The position numbers were made by a program, and so were the translations under genes. The notes under the pieces are model-generated. The model saw only the letters and a list, made by a program, of their open reading frames with translations. It was not told the DNA's origin and made no database searches. From an uncultured delta proteobacterium (GTDB lineage: Bacteria > Desulfobacterota > Desulfobaccia > Desulfobaccales > 0-14-0-80-60-11), in contig CAWETI010000002.1 of assembly GCA_963812015.1 (NCBI GenBank), positions 224,001-288,000 of the forward strand: 64,000 bases of DNA, written 5' to 3'. This document shows positions 1-8,985 of the stretch, piece after piece (position 1 is the first letter of the stretch; each line of letters begins with the position of its first letter).

Positions 1-2288
1 TTCGTGGGGTCGAATCGGAAGCCCCGGGCGGCGGCACAGTCCAGGGCCAGGGTGTGGGGATTGAGGAGCATGATGGTTGCAGCATCCACCCGTAATTGCC
101 CGGCAACCTGCTCCAGCAGGACATTGAGGGTAATGCCCAGATCCAAACTGCTGTTGATGGCCAGGTCGATCTGGCGCAAAGCCTGCATTTGCTTGAGATG
201 TTTTTCCACTTGCGTGTTGAGATGGGCGTTGTCCACGGCGGCCGCCCCAATTCCGGCAAAGGCCTGGAGGAGGTCCACCCGCTCCGGAGTGAAAAAGTTC
301 GGTCGATCGCTATAAATATTCAGGCAGGCAAAGGCCTGGCGTCCGCGCATCAGGGGAAAGGCGGCCAGGGACTGGTAGCCCCGGTCCCGGGCGGCGACCA
401 CCCAGGGCATTTCCTCCGCTTCCCGTCCCATGTCGTTGATTAATCTTGGTTTGCCGGCCTTGATAGCCTGGCCGACGGGTCCCCGACTCGCGGTGGGGTC
501 GTCCAGACAAATTTTCATCTCTTTCAGACAATCGGCCATCTCCCCGGCCCAATAGAGCGGACGGATGCACCCCTTGGATTCAACCCGCCCCAACCAGACC
601 AGGCGGGTATCGAAGGCATCTACCACCAACTGGCAAATCTCCTGCACCATGGCGTCGGGATCGCGAAGCTTGGCCAATTTTTCCACGCCGGCGATAAGCA
701 GGTTGAGGGAGTGGAGGTGTTCCTGGGCCCGGGCCTCCGCCTGTTTGCGGTCGGTGATGTCGGTAATGACGGCGAAAGCACTTTGCAAACGACCCTCACC
801 AAAAATGGGCATGGGCGTAATGAGGGCAATGATTTTCTCACCGTCTTTCCTGATCCATTCGATTTCATACGGTGTCTTTTCCCCGCGCTGCCGCCGGTTA
901 AGCTGGTCTCTGATGATTTCCTTATTGGTCTGGTCAAAAAAATCGAATATCTGACGCCCGATAATCTCTCCCCGGGAGTATCCCAGCAACTCACATAATC
1001 TGGGGTTGGCAAAGGTAATTATCCCCTTGGGGTTTATCATGGACAGACCCTGGTTCAGGTTGTCCACTAGCAGGCGGTACTGCGCTTCACTCTCCTCGAG
1101 AGCCTTTGCGGCCCGTTGATGTGCGGTGCGGTCCCGCAAAACCTCGAGGCCGTATTCCAGGTGCCTGGCCAACTCCGCCAGCAGCTTCACTTCCTCGGCA
1201 TCGAAAACCCCGGGTTCACCGGCATAGATACCCAGGGCCCCCCAAGGCTGTCCGTCGATGTTCAGGGGAAAGGCGCACGCCGAAGCAAAGCCGCGTTTTA
1301 GGGCTTCGGCCCGCCAGGGGGCAAAGGACTGATCTTCCCGAATACTCCGAATGATGGACGGCTGACCCGTACGCAAGGCCTTGCCAAAAGGCCCCCGGCC
1401 CCGCTCCGTGTCGGCCCAGGTGAGGTTGAGGGTTTCCAGGTAACCGTCGTCCACCCCATAGCGGGCCAGAGGATGGACCGATTTTTCCTGGTTCGCCACG
1501 GCCAGCCCCACCCAGGCCAGGCGGTAGCCCCCTTCGGCCACTATGATGCGGCAAATCTCCTGGAGTAAACTTTCCTCCGCTGCGGCCCGGATCATGGCCT
1601 GGTCGCCTTCGATCAAGGTCTTGAGGGTCCGGTTGGCTCGCCGTAAGGAAGCTTCGGCTTGCGTGCGGCCCGAGATCTCCCGGTTGAGATACCAGAAAAC
1701 CAGGGAGAGAATGGCAAAACTGAGGCAAGTTCCCAGGGCTAAGTCCAGGAGGCTGCGTTGCGTACTAGTCGTCCGTTCGACAGATCGTTGCCACAACTTC
1801 TGCTTTTCGGCCTTGGCCAGATCATCCAGGACTTGCTGGATATCGTCCTGGAGTGCCTTCCCGGCGTCGGTCAGGGTAATCTGTTCGTCAAGATTGAAGC
1901 CCTTTTGCCGGCGTAAACTGATGGTTTGGTTGAGGTGGGCGATTTTTTTATCCATGAGAGGGGCTAGGCGCTCGAGACGGTTTTGTTGGACCGATTCATT
2001 ACCGGTTAGGGTGCGCAGCTGGACCATCAAGTCCTGGATTTGGCGGGCGGCGGCAGTAACTCGGTTGAGATGCAAGGGTTTCCCGGTGATCGCGAAGCAC
2101 TGCCTGGCGCTCTCGGCTTCAAGGATATGCGATTTCAGGTCGTTGATATCTGAAAGGATTTCCAGGTTATGGTTCACTTGCTCGCCGGTCTCGACGAGCC
2201 CGACCATATTGCGGTAGGCGATCAATTCCGTCACCGCGATGAGGCCCAGCGAAAGAAGGAACCATAAGACGATCAGTTTTTTATGCAT
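1..2288 (-). CDS. Membrane sensor protein, CHASE3-GAF-PAS-GAF-GAF; runs off the left edge, output domain not visible (possibly HD-GYP)
   Basis: Hand translation from ATG at 2288 (MHKKLIVLWFFLSLGLIAV...HILEAESARQCFAITG). The same frame gives a PAS at ~1130 (YRLLVDNLNQG...FANPRLCELLGYS) and a GAF at the edge (LRQIDLAINSSLDLGITLNVLLEQV). Absent from the ORF track because no stop lies in the window. Confidence 0.85.
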   Translation of the reverse strand, partial: MHKKLIVLWFLLSLGLIAVTELIAYRNMVGLVETGEQVNHNLEILSDINDLKSHILEAESARQCFAITGKPLHLNRVTAAARQIQDLMVQLRTLTGNESVQQNRLERLAPLMDKKIAHLNQTISLRRQKGFNLDEQITLTDAGKALQDDIQQVLDDLAKAEKQKLWQRSVERTTSTQRSLLDLALGTCLSFAILSLVFWYLNREISGRTQAEASLRRANRTLKTLIEGDQAMIRAAAEESLLQEICRIIVAEGGYRLAWVGLAVANQEKSVHPLARYGVDDGYLETLNLTWADTERGRGPFGKALRTGQPSIIRSIREDQSFAPWRAEALKRGFASACAFPLNIDGQPWGALGIYAGEPGVFDAEEVKLLAELARHLEYGLEVLRDRTAHQRAAKALEESEAQYRLLVDNLNQGLSMINPKGIITFANPRLCELLGYSRGEIIGRQIFDFFDQTNKEIIRDQLNRRQRGEKTPYEIEWIRKDGEKIIALITPMPIFGEGRLQSAFAVITDITDRKQAEARAQEHLHSLNLLIAGVEKLAKLRDPDAMVQEICQLVVDAFDTRLVWLGRVESKGCIRPLYWAGEMADCLKEMKICLDDPTASRGPVGQAIKAGKPRLINDMGREAEEMPWVVAARDRGYQSLAAFPLMRGRQAFACLNIYSDRPNFFTPERVDLLQAFAGIGAAAVDNAHLNTQVEKHLKQMQALRQIDLAINSSLDLGITLNVLLEQVAGQLRVDAATIMLLNPHTLALDCAAARGFRFDPT

Positions 2289-2393
2289 AGGGCCCAACTA
2301 TACTTTCGGCCCGCACCAGCCGCCGGCGCGACGACAAAACCGCTTCCCAGCACCGCAAGAGTTCGGTCAGGTCAGCTTCGGCATGACAATCAA

Positions 2394-2981
2394 TTATTTC
2401 AACCACTTAATCATCTTAACCGTCGTACCCCCTCCCACCTGGCTCTGAATCTCAAATTCGTCCATCAGGTGCTTAGATCCCGGCAGCCCATATCCCAGGT
2501 CGTTGCTGGAGCCGCCTTGCAAGGCCAGGCTGAGATCGGCAATCCCGGGGCCATGGTCTTCCACCACAATCTCTATGCCTCTGGCGTCGTTGCGGGCCAC
2601 AGGCTTCAAGGTCACCTTGCCGTGCCCGGAATATTGATAGGCGTTGCGGCTCATTTCGCAGGTGGCGGTGGTGATATGGATCTGGTCCGGGATGCCAAAG
2701 TCCAACTCCTGGGCCATTTCCCGGGCTTCCTGTCGGGCCCGGATTATATCATTGCCATCCCGGATCGGGACCTCTCTCATGGTCACCGGCTGGGGCCACA
2801 CCGGTTTTGCCCCGGCGTTGGGACTTCTTGTCGGAAGCGACTTCAGCCCCAGTATCTCCAGTACGGTCAATCGGGTGTTGACGGCCGGAACCGGGGCCGG
2901 GGCTTTATTCCAGACAATAAACCTGCCATCCTGTCGCCGCCTGGGTAAACCGGAATCGCTTTGGGTGCCTTTTATCGCCAT
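2394..2981 (-). CDS. RsbT-like anti-sigma factor / Ser-Thr kinase (HATPase_c) with N-terminal extension
   Basis: DIIRARQEAREMAQELDFG...EMSRNAYQY...DHGPGIADLSLAL..G..LGYGLPGSKHLMDEFEIQSQVGGGTTV; GGGAG upstream of the ATG at 2981. Confidence 0.85.
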   Translation of the reverse strand: MAIKGTQSDSGLPRRRQDGRFIVWNKAPAPVPAVNTRLTVLEILGLKSLPTRSPNAGAKPVWPQPVTMREVPIRDGNDIIRARQEAREMAQELDFGIPDQIHITTATCEMSRNAYQYSGHGKVTLKPVARNDARGIEIVVEDHGPGIADLSLALQGGSSNDLGYGLPGSKHLMDEFEIQSQVGGGTTVKMIKWLK

Positions 2982-3171
2982 ATTTTTCTCCCGCCCCCCC
3001 CTTCTATTTCGGCGCGAATGCCTTAAGAGATGAATTTATCTCAAGTGATCAGCGCGGCCAGAGGGCCTCTGGGACTGGATCAGGCTGGTGCAGGCGGCGC
3101 CTGGTCTGCCCGGAGCAAGCATCCAACGTGACCGAAACCCTGGCGCCCCCCGGCCGGTCGCGGTTTATGGT

Positions 3172-3200
3172 TTGACAACCCCGCTTCCTTCTTTTATTTT
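3172..3200 (+). promoter_or_regulatory. Putative sigma70 promoter of hpt
   Basis: TTGACA-17 bp-TATTTT. Confidence 0.55.
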
Positions 3201-3222
3201 TAAGCCAGCGGGGAGGGTTGCC

Positions 3223-3747
3223 ATGAGCACCAAGAAGCGTTGTCTCATTTCTCAAGCCGAGATTGCCCGGCGGGTGGCGGAGTTGGCCGAGCGAATCGGC
3301 CGGGATTATGCCAGCCGGGACTTAGTGATGGTGGGGGTTCTGAAAGGGGCGTTCATCTTCCTGGCCGACCTGGTGCGGGCCCTGCCCTTCCCGGTGATCG
3401 TGGATTTTGTCCGGGTGAAGAGCTACGGCGCCGGCACCGAGTCCGCCGGGGAAATCCACATCACCAAGGATGTGGAAGAGCCCCTGAAAGACCGGGACGT
3501 CCTGATTGTGGAAGATATCATCGACCTGGGCCTGACCCTGGACTTTCTGCGCCAGCACCTCCTCAGCCACCAGCCCCGCTCCCTCAAGATCTGCTGCCTC
3601 ATCGACAAGAAAGAGCGCCGGAAAGTGGAGGTCCCCCTGGACTACACCGGCTTTGTGGTGGAAAAGGGTTTTCTGGTGGGCTACGGCCTGGACTGCGGCG
3701 AACAGAGCCGCACCCTGCCGGAAATTTTTGTATTGGAGGAGAAATGA
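3223..3747 (+). CDS. hpt: Hypoxanthine phosphoribosyltransferase
   Basis: VGVLKGAFIFLADL, VLIVEDIIDLGLTL PRPP motif, FLVGYGLD; start set to ATG 3223 after GGGAGG. Confidence 0.95.
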   Translation: MSTKKRCLISQAEIARRVAELAERIGRDYASRDLVMVGVLKGAFIFLADLVRALPFPVIVDFVRVKSYGAGTESAGEIHITKDVEEPLKDRDVLIVEDIIDLGLTLDFLRQHLLSHQPRSLKICCLIDKKERRKVEVPLDYTGFVVEKGFLVGYGLDCGEQSRTLPEIFVLEEK

Positions 3748-3749
3748 AA

Positions 3750-3905
3750 GGGGAGAGGGGTCCAGGGGCGTTTTCGTAAGTGCCCCTGCCTCCGCTTGCA
3801 TACCCTCTCCCCCAACCCCTTACCGGGAGGTGGGAGGAGAGCTTGAGGGGAGGGCGGGGAAATCCCTTATAAAAAAATAAAAAATTTCCCCGGCCCTTCT
3901 CCCAA
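3750..3905. repeat. ~150-bp palindromic intergenic element (family A, MITE/REP-like)
   Basis: Closely matches the reverse complement of 28850-28995 and the copy at 60516-60687 (core CCCTCTCCCCCAACCCCTTA...GAGGGGAGGGCGGGG). Confidence 0.75.
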
Positions 3906-3916
3906 CCGCACACATT

Positions 3917-4870
3917 ATGACTTCACTTCATCACTTCGCCGCCATCGACGTCGGCAGTCTGACCGTGCGCCTGGCGGTGGCGGAGCCCACCCCCGGGGGT
4001 GCGTTCCGGGTGCTGACCCACCGCCGGGAGATTACCGGTCTGGGGCAGGGTTTGGCCGCCACCGGCGAGTTGGCCCCGGAGGCCATGGCCCGGACCCTGG
4101 AGGCGCTTAAGATCTTTCAGCAGGTCATGTCGGTCCACCGGGTGGAGCGTTACCGGGCCGTGGGCACCCAGGCCCTGCGCCAGGCCGTCAACCGCCAGGT
4201 CTTCCTGGACCGCCTCCACGAGGCCCTGGGACTGGCGGTGGAGGTGCTGGCCCCCCAAGCGGAGGCCCGGCTGTCCCTCACCGGAGTGCTTACCGCCCTG
4301 GCTCCGGAGGTGCTGACCGCCCCGGCGGTACTGGTCTTTGATGTGGGCGGGGGCAGCACGGAGTTTGCCCTGGTGCGCCCCGACCGGGAGCCGGTCTTCG
4401 CCAGCCTGCCCCTGGGGGTCTTGACCCTGAGCCAGGCCCGGCCCCTGGGGGACCCGCCCGTGCGGGCCTGGGTGGCGGCCCTGAAAGAAGAACTGGCCGC
4501 CCGCTTGGGTTTTTTCTATAAGGAGGCCATCAGGCCCCACCTGGAGGCGGCCCCGCTCCTGGTGGGCACCGCCGGGGCAGTCACGACCCTGGCGGCCATG
4601 CAGTTAAGGTTGCGGGAATATGATTCAAAAAAGATTAATAACCTGCTGTTGACCCGGGTCCAGGTGGCGGCGCTGGCTGAACTGGTGGCGCGCTTGCCCG
4701 AGGCGGAACGGGCCGGTTTGGCCGGGATGGAGCCCGCCAAGGCCGGGGTGATGGTGGCCGGGGCCTTGGTGGTGCTGACCATTCTTGAGGTTTGCCGCCA
4801 GGATTCCTTGGTGGTGATTGACGCCGGGCTCCTGGAAGGGGTCTTGCACGAGATGTCCTGTAAGTTTTGA
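3917..4870 (+). CDS. Ppx/GppA family phosphatase, short form
   Basis: AAIDVGSLTVRL, VGTQALRQA, FDVGGGSTE, GLLEG motifs. Confidence 0.9.
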   Translation: MTSLHHFAAIDVGSLTVRLAVAEPTPGGAFRVLTHRREITGLGQGLAATGELAPEAMARTLEALKIFQQVMSVHRVERYRAVGTQALRQAVNRQVFLDRLHEALGLAVEVLAPQAEARLSLTGVLTALAPEVLTAPAVLVFDVGGGSTEFALVRPDREPVFASLPLGVLTLSQARPLGDPPVRAWVAALKEELAARLGFFYKEAIRPHLEAAPLLVGTAGAVTTLAAMQLRLREYDSKKINNLLLTRVQVAALAELVARLPEAERAGLAGMEPAKAGVMVAGALVVLTILEVCRQDSLVVIDAGLLEGVLHEMSCKF

Positions 4871-4975
4871 GTTTCGGGATTCGCCGGAAAAGGATAAAAT
4901 AACACTTTCCCTTCAGCCAGTCATTTTACCCATAAAGAGATGGGACCGTGATTATCAAAGAAACCAAGCTGTTAA

Positions 4976-6505
<1,530 letters not shown>

Positions 6506-6510
6506 GGTTA

Positions 6511-6585
6511 TGAGGGAAGGGGACCAGGGGCCGACGGCCCCTGCCCCCTCCCCTCAAGCTCCCCTCCCCCAACCCCTTAAGGGGA
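6511..6585. repeat. Partial family A palindromic element
   Basis: TGAGGGAAGGGG...CCCCCTCCCCTCAAGCTCCCCTCCCCCAACCCCTTAAGGGG. Confidence 0.65.
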
Positions 6586-6664
6586 AAAATTTAGGGGCGG
6601 ACCTTAATGTCCGCTTTTTTTATTTGGTTACACTAAATCTTTGTCAATTTATTAATGAATTATC

Positions 6665-6720
6665 TTGACATATCCGATACGTGTGGTTAAAAATATACCA
6701 TGTGGTATTTAAACTACCAC
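6665..6720 (+). promoter_or_regulatory. sigma70 promoter overlapped by two tandem 19-bp inverted-repeat operators
   Basis: TTGACA (6665)-17 bp-TAAAAA; GTGGT-N9-ACCAT (6683-6701) directly followed by GTGGT-N9-ACCAC (6702-6720). Confidence 0.7.
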
Positions 6721-6739
6721 GCGAAAAGGAGAAGGAAAA

Positions 6740-7105
6740 ATGTTCGGCGAATTCATTAAGGAACGGAGGATTAATAAGGGTTTAACGTTGAGGGAATTTT
6801 GCAAGCTAATTGAGATTGACGCTAGTAACTGGAGCAAAACCGAACGCGGTCTGCTCGCACCCCCTAAGAGCGACGAGAAATTGGAAAAAATAGCTGAGGT
6901 TTTGGGGATCTCAGTGGGTTCTGATCTATGGACCGAATTGAAGGACAAGGCAGAAATTGATTCAGGCAATATTCCGGCAGATATACGATCCGATAAAGAA
7001 TTGATAGGTTATCTCCCAATGTTTTTCCGAACCATAAGGAGCGAGAAGCCTTCGGCAGATGATTTGGACAACCTCATTGAAATGATTCGTACGGGGGGGA
7101 GGTGA
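6740..7105 (+). CDS. XRE-family helix-turn-helix regulator
   Basis: FGEFIKERRINKGLTLREFCKLIEIDASNWSKTERG; AGGAG upstream; AT-rich. Confidence 0.9.
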   Translation: MFGEFIKERRINKGLTLREFCKLIEIDASNWSKTERGLLAPPKSDEKLEKIAEVLGISVGSDLWTELKDKAEIDSGNIPADIRSDKELIGYLPMFFRTIRSEKPSADDLDNLIEMIRTGGR

Positions 7106-7741
7106 TTGGATTATTCTGGTTTCAAATGCAAATGGATTGATAAGAATCAACTTAGAAAACTGGCGGACCAAATAAGACAGGAATATTGGCCTGAGGATAT
7201 TCTTCCTATAGATACAGCCAAAATCGTTGAACTCAGGTTAAGAATTGATATCGAGCCCGTGCGTGGTTTACTTTCCGACATGGATATGGATGCCTATCTG
7301 AGAACGGATTTAAACGGAATCGTCGTGGATCACGATTGCTATATGCAGGATAAATTTGCTAACCGTTTGCGCTTTTCGCTAGCCCATGAATTGGGTAATT
7401 ATTTTTTACATAAGGATGTTTATTCAGATTTACCCCTGGTCTCTACAGAAGAATGGAAAGATTTTATCCTTAATGTTCCAGAAGCCGAATATGAAAACTT
7501 CGAATGGCAAGCAAATGAATTTGCAGGTCGTTTTTTGGTTCCTTATGACAAGTTGAAGTCAAAAGTTGAAGAATCCTTGGAAATAATAAGAAAATCTGGT
7601 TTAATCGAATATCTTCATCAAGACCCTGACGCAGTTTTATCAAGAGTTTCTCCTTTTCTCCGCAGAACTTTTGGTGTCTCAGAACAAGTCATTGTCCTCA
7701 GGGTTCAAAGAGAAGATTTATGGCCCCCTGAAACGGATTAG
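7106..7741 (+). CDS. ImmA/IrrE-family metallopeptidase with altered zinc motif (HELGN)
   Basis: RLRFSLAHELGNYFLH...EWQANEFAGRFLVP; TTG start abuts the XRE stop. Confidence 0.85.
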   Translation: MDYSGFKCKWIDKNQLRKLADQIRQEYWPEDILPIDTAKIVELRLRIDIEPVRGLLSDMDMDAYLRTDLNGIVVDHDCYMQDKFANRLRFSLAHELGNYFLHKDVYSDLPLVSTEEWKDFILNVPEAEYENFEWQANEFAGRFLVPYDKLKSKVEESLEIIRKSGLIEYLHQDPDAVLSRVSPFLRRTFGVSEQVIVLRVQREDLWPPETD

Positions 7742-7760
7742 ATATAATCTTAAGAATACG

Positions 7761-7791
7761 AAAAGGGAGGGCCAATTGGCCCTCCCTTTTT
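7761..7791. terminator. Intrinsic terminator, probably bidirectional
   Basis: AAAAGGGAGGGCCAA-TTGGCCCTCCCTTTTT. Confidence 0.8.
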
Positions 7792-7954
7792 TCTGGTTCA
7801 TAGTGCGCACCTTACATGGCGGGCAGTGCCCGCCCTACATTATTTGGGGGCGACCCGGCGGGTCGCCCTTACTTATGGGATTGGGGGATGGGGTGCGGGG
7901 AAGGGGGAAAAGGCTCGCGCCCTTTGCCCCCTTCCCCGCAAAACCTTCCCTGAT

Positions 7955-8422
7955 TTATTCTTTCCCCGCGGCGGCTTTGGGTTGTTCGGCCAGCCAGGCG
8001 GCCCGTTCCTGGGGCTTGGCGGGGCTGGGGCCCAGTTTTAGGGTTCGCTCCACCATTTCCTTGGCGATGGCGGCGAATTGCGGCCCTTCCGAGGCGGACA
8101 GATTGAACATCTCCACCCGTGCCGGTTCAAGGTTCATCTGGCTGAAATCTTTTTTCACCTTGGTGACCCGCTTTTGGGCCCGGAGGTTGCCCGTGAGATA
8201 ATGGCACTCACCCTCCAGGCAGCCCGCCACAAAGGCCGCGTCCGCTCCGGCCTCAAAGGCCTTGAGCAGGTGGAGGATGTCCACCCGCCCGGAGCAGGGC
8301 ACCATGATGATCTTGATATCCGGGGGGTAATGCAGCCGCATCGAACCAGCCACGTCCGTTGCGTGGTAGGCACAGTAGCGGCAGGCAAAGCCGATGATAT
8401 TGGGAGACCATGCCGCGGTCAT
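7955..8422 (-). CDS. mvhD: Methyl-viologen-reducing hydrogenase delta subunit (MvhD-like [2Fe-2S] protein)
   Basis: GFACRYCAY, VPCSGRVD, VAGCLEGECHY, GNLRA motifs; GGAGGAG ribosome site. Confidence 0.9.
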   Translation of the reverse strand: MTAAWSPNIIGFACRYCAYHATDVAGSMRLHYPPDIKIIMVPCSGRVDILHLLKAFEAGADAAFVAGCLEGECHYLTGNLRAQKRVTKVKKDFSQMNLEPARVEMFNLSASEGPQFAAIAKEMVERTLKLGPSPAKPQERAAWLAEQPKAAAGKE

Positions 8423-8436
8423 AACTCCTCCTTGGC

Positions 8437-8526
8437 TTATCCGGCCGCCAGGGCTGTTTCCTGGCCAATAACCTGGGGGTCAGCGAAGTTCTGCATGGGC
8501 CTTCGCAGGTCGGTTGCCATTACCAT
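8437..8526 (-). pseudogene. 29-aa ORF resembling the extreme C-terminus of HdrA (possible gene remnant)
   Basis: MVMATDLRRPMQNFADPQVIGQETALAAG*; ends 14 bp before mvhD. Confidence 0.4.
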
Positions 8527-8985
8527 ACCTTACTAGAGGCAAAGTATTTAACAATTATCGTTGAGATAGAGGAAAACAGCCTCATAAAAAATCTAAGAGT
8601 TACAATCCAATAAGTCAAGCACGAAGGACAGTGCGCCCTGCGGCTGGCCGCGGGTTTGATTGGCGGCCGCCGCCTTGATTGGCGCTGGAAAATGCTTAAT
8701 TTTATTGCGGGTTAAAAACGGGGGCGCCTGGCGCCGCCCTCTGTAACAGTAGGGCGTGGCCCCGACTTGGTCGCGATTCGTAAATCATGAGTGGGTCTTA
8801 CAATATCCGGGATAGCGACGGTGGGGCTCATTTGGCAGGAGAGAAACCCGGCTTAAAGATATACTTAATGATAAAAACAAGATATGTAAGATATGAGAAC
8901 TACTTGCCTGCTAGTACGGTAGCAACCCGCCTTAAACAAGTCTACGCTGAGACTGGTAAACGGAAATGATGCTTCGGAGTGAGCC

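Noticed and set aside
3088..3222. N-terminal extensions in the ORF track (hpt, ridA, purM, lptA, pyrG, copZ, ahbB and the receiver at 35632)
   Set aside because: They run through promoters or repeats; downstream starts fit family N-termini or ribosome sites better.
6600..7791. Calling the XRE/ImmA islet a prophage or integrative element
   Set aside because: No integrase, att-like direct repeats or phage genes are visible.
7955..8422. Possible selenocysteine in MvhD
   Set aside because: All ligand positions are Cys codons and there is no in-frame TGA.
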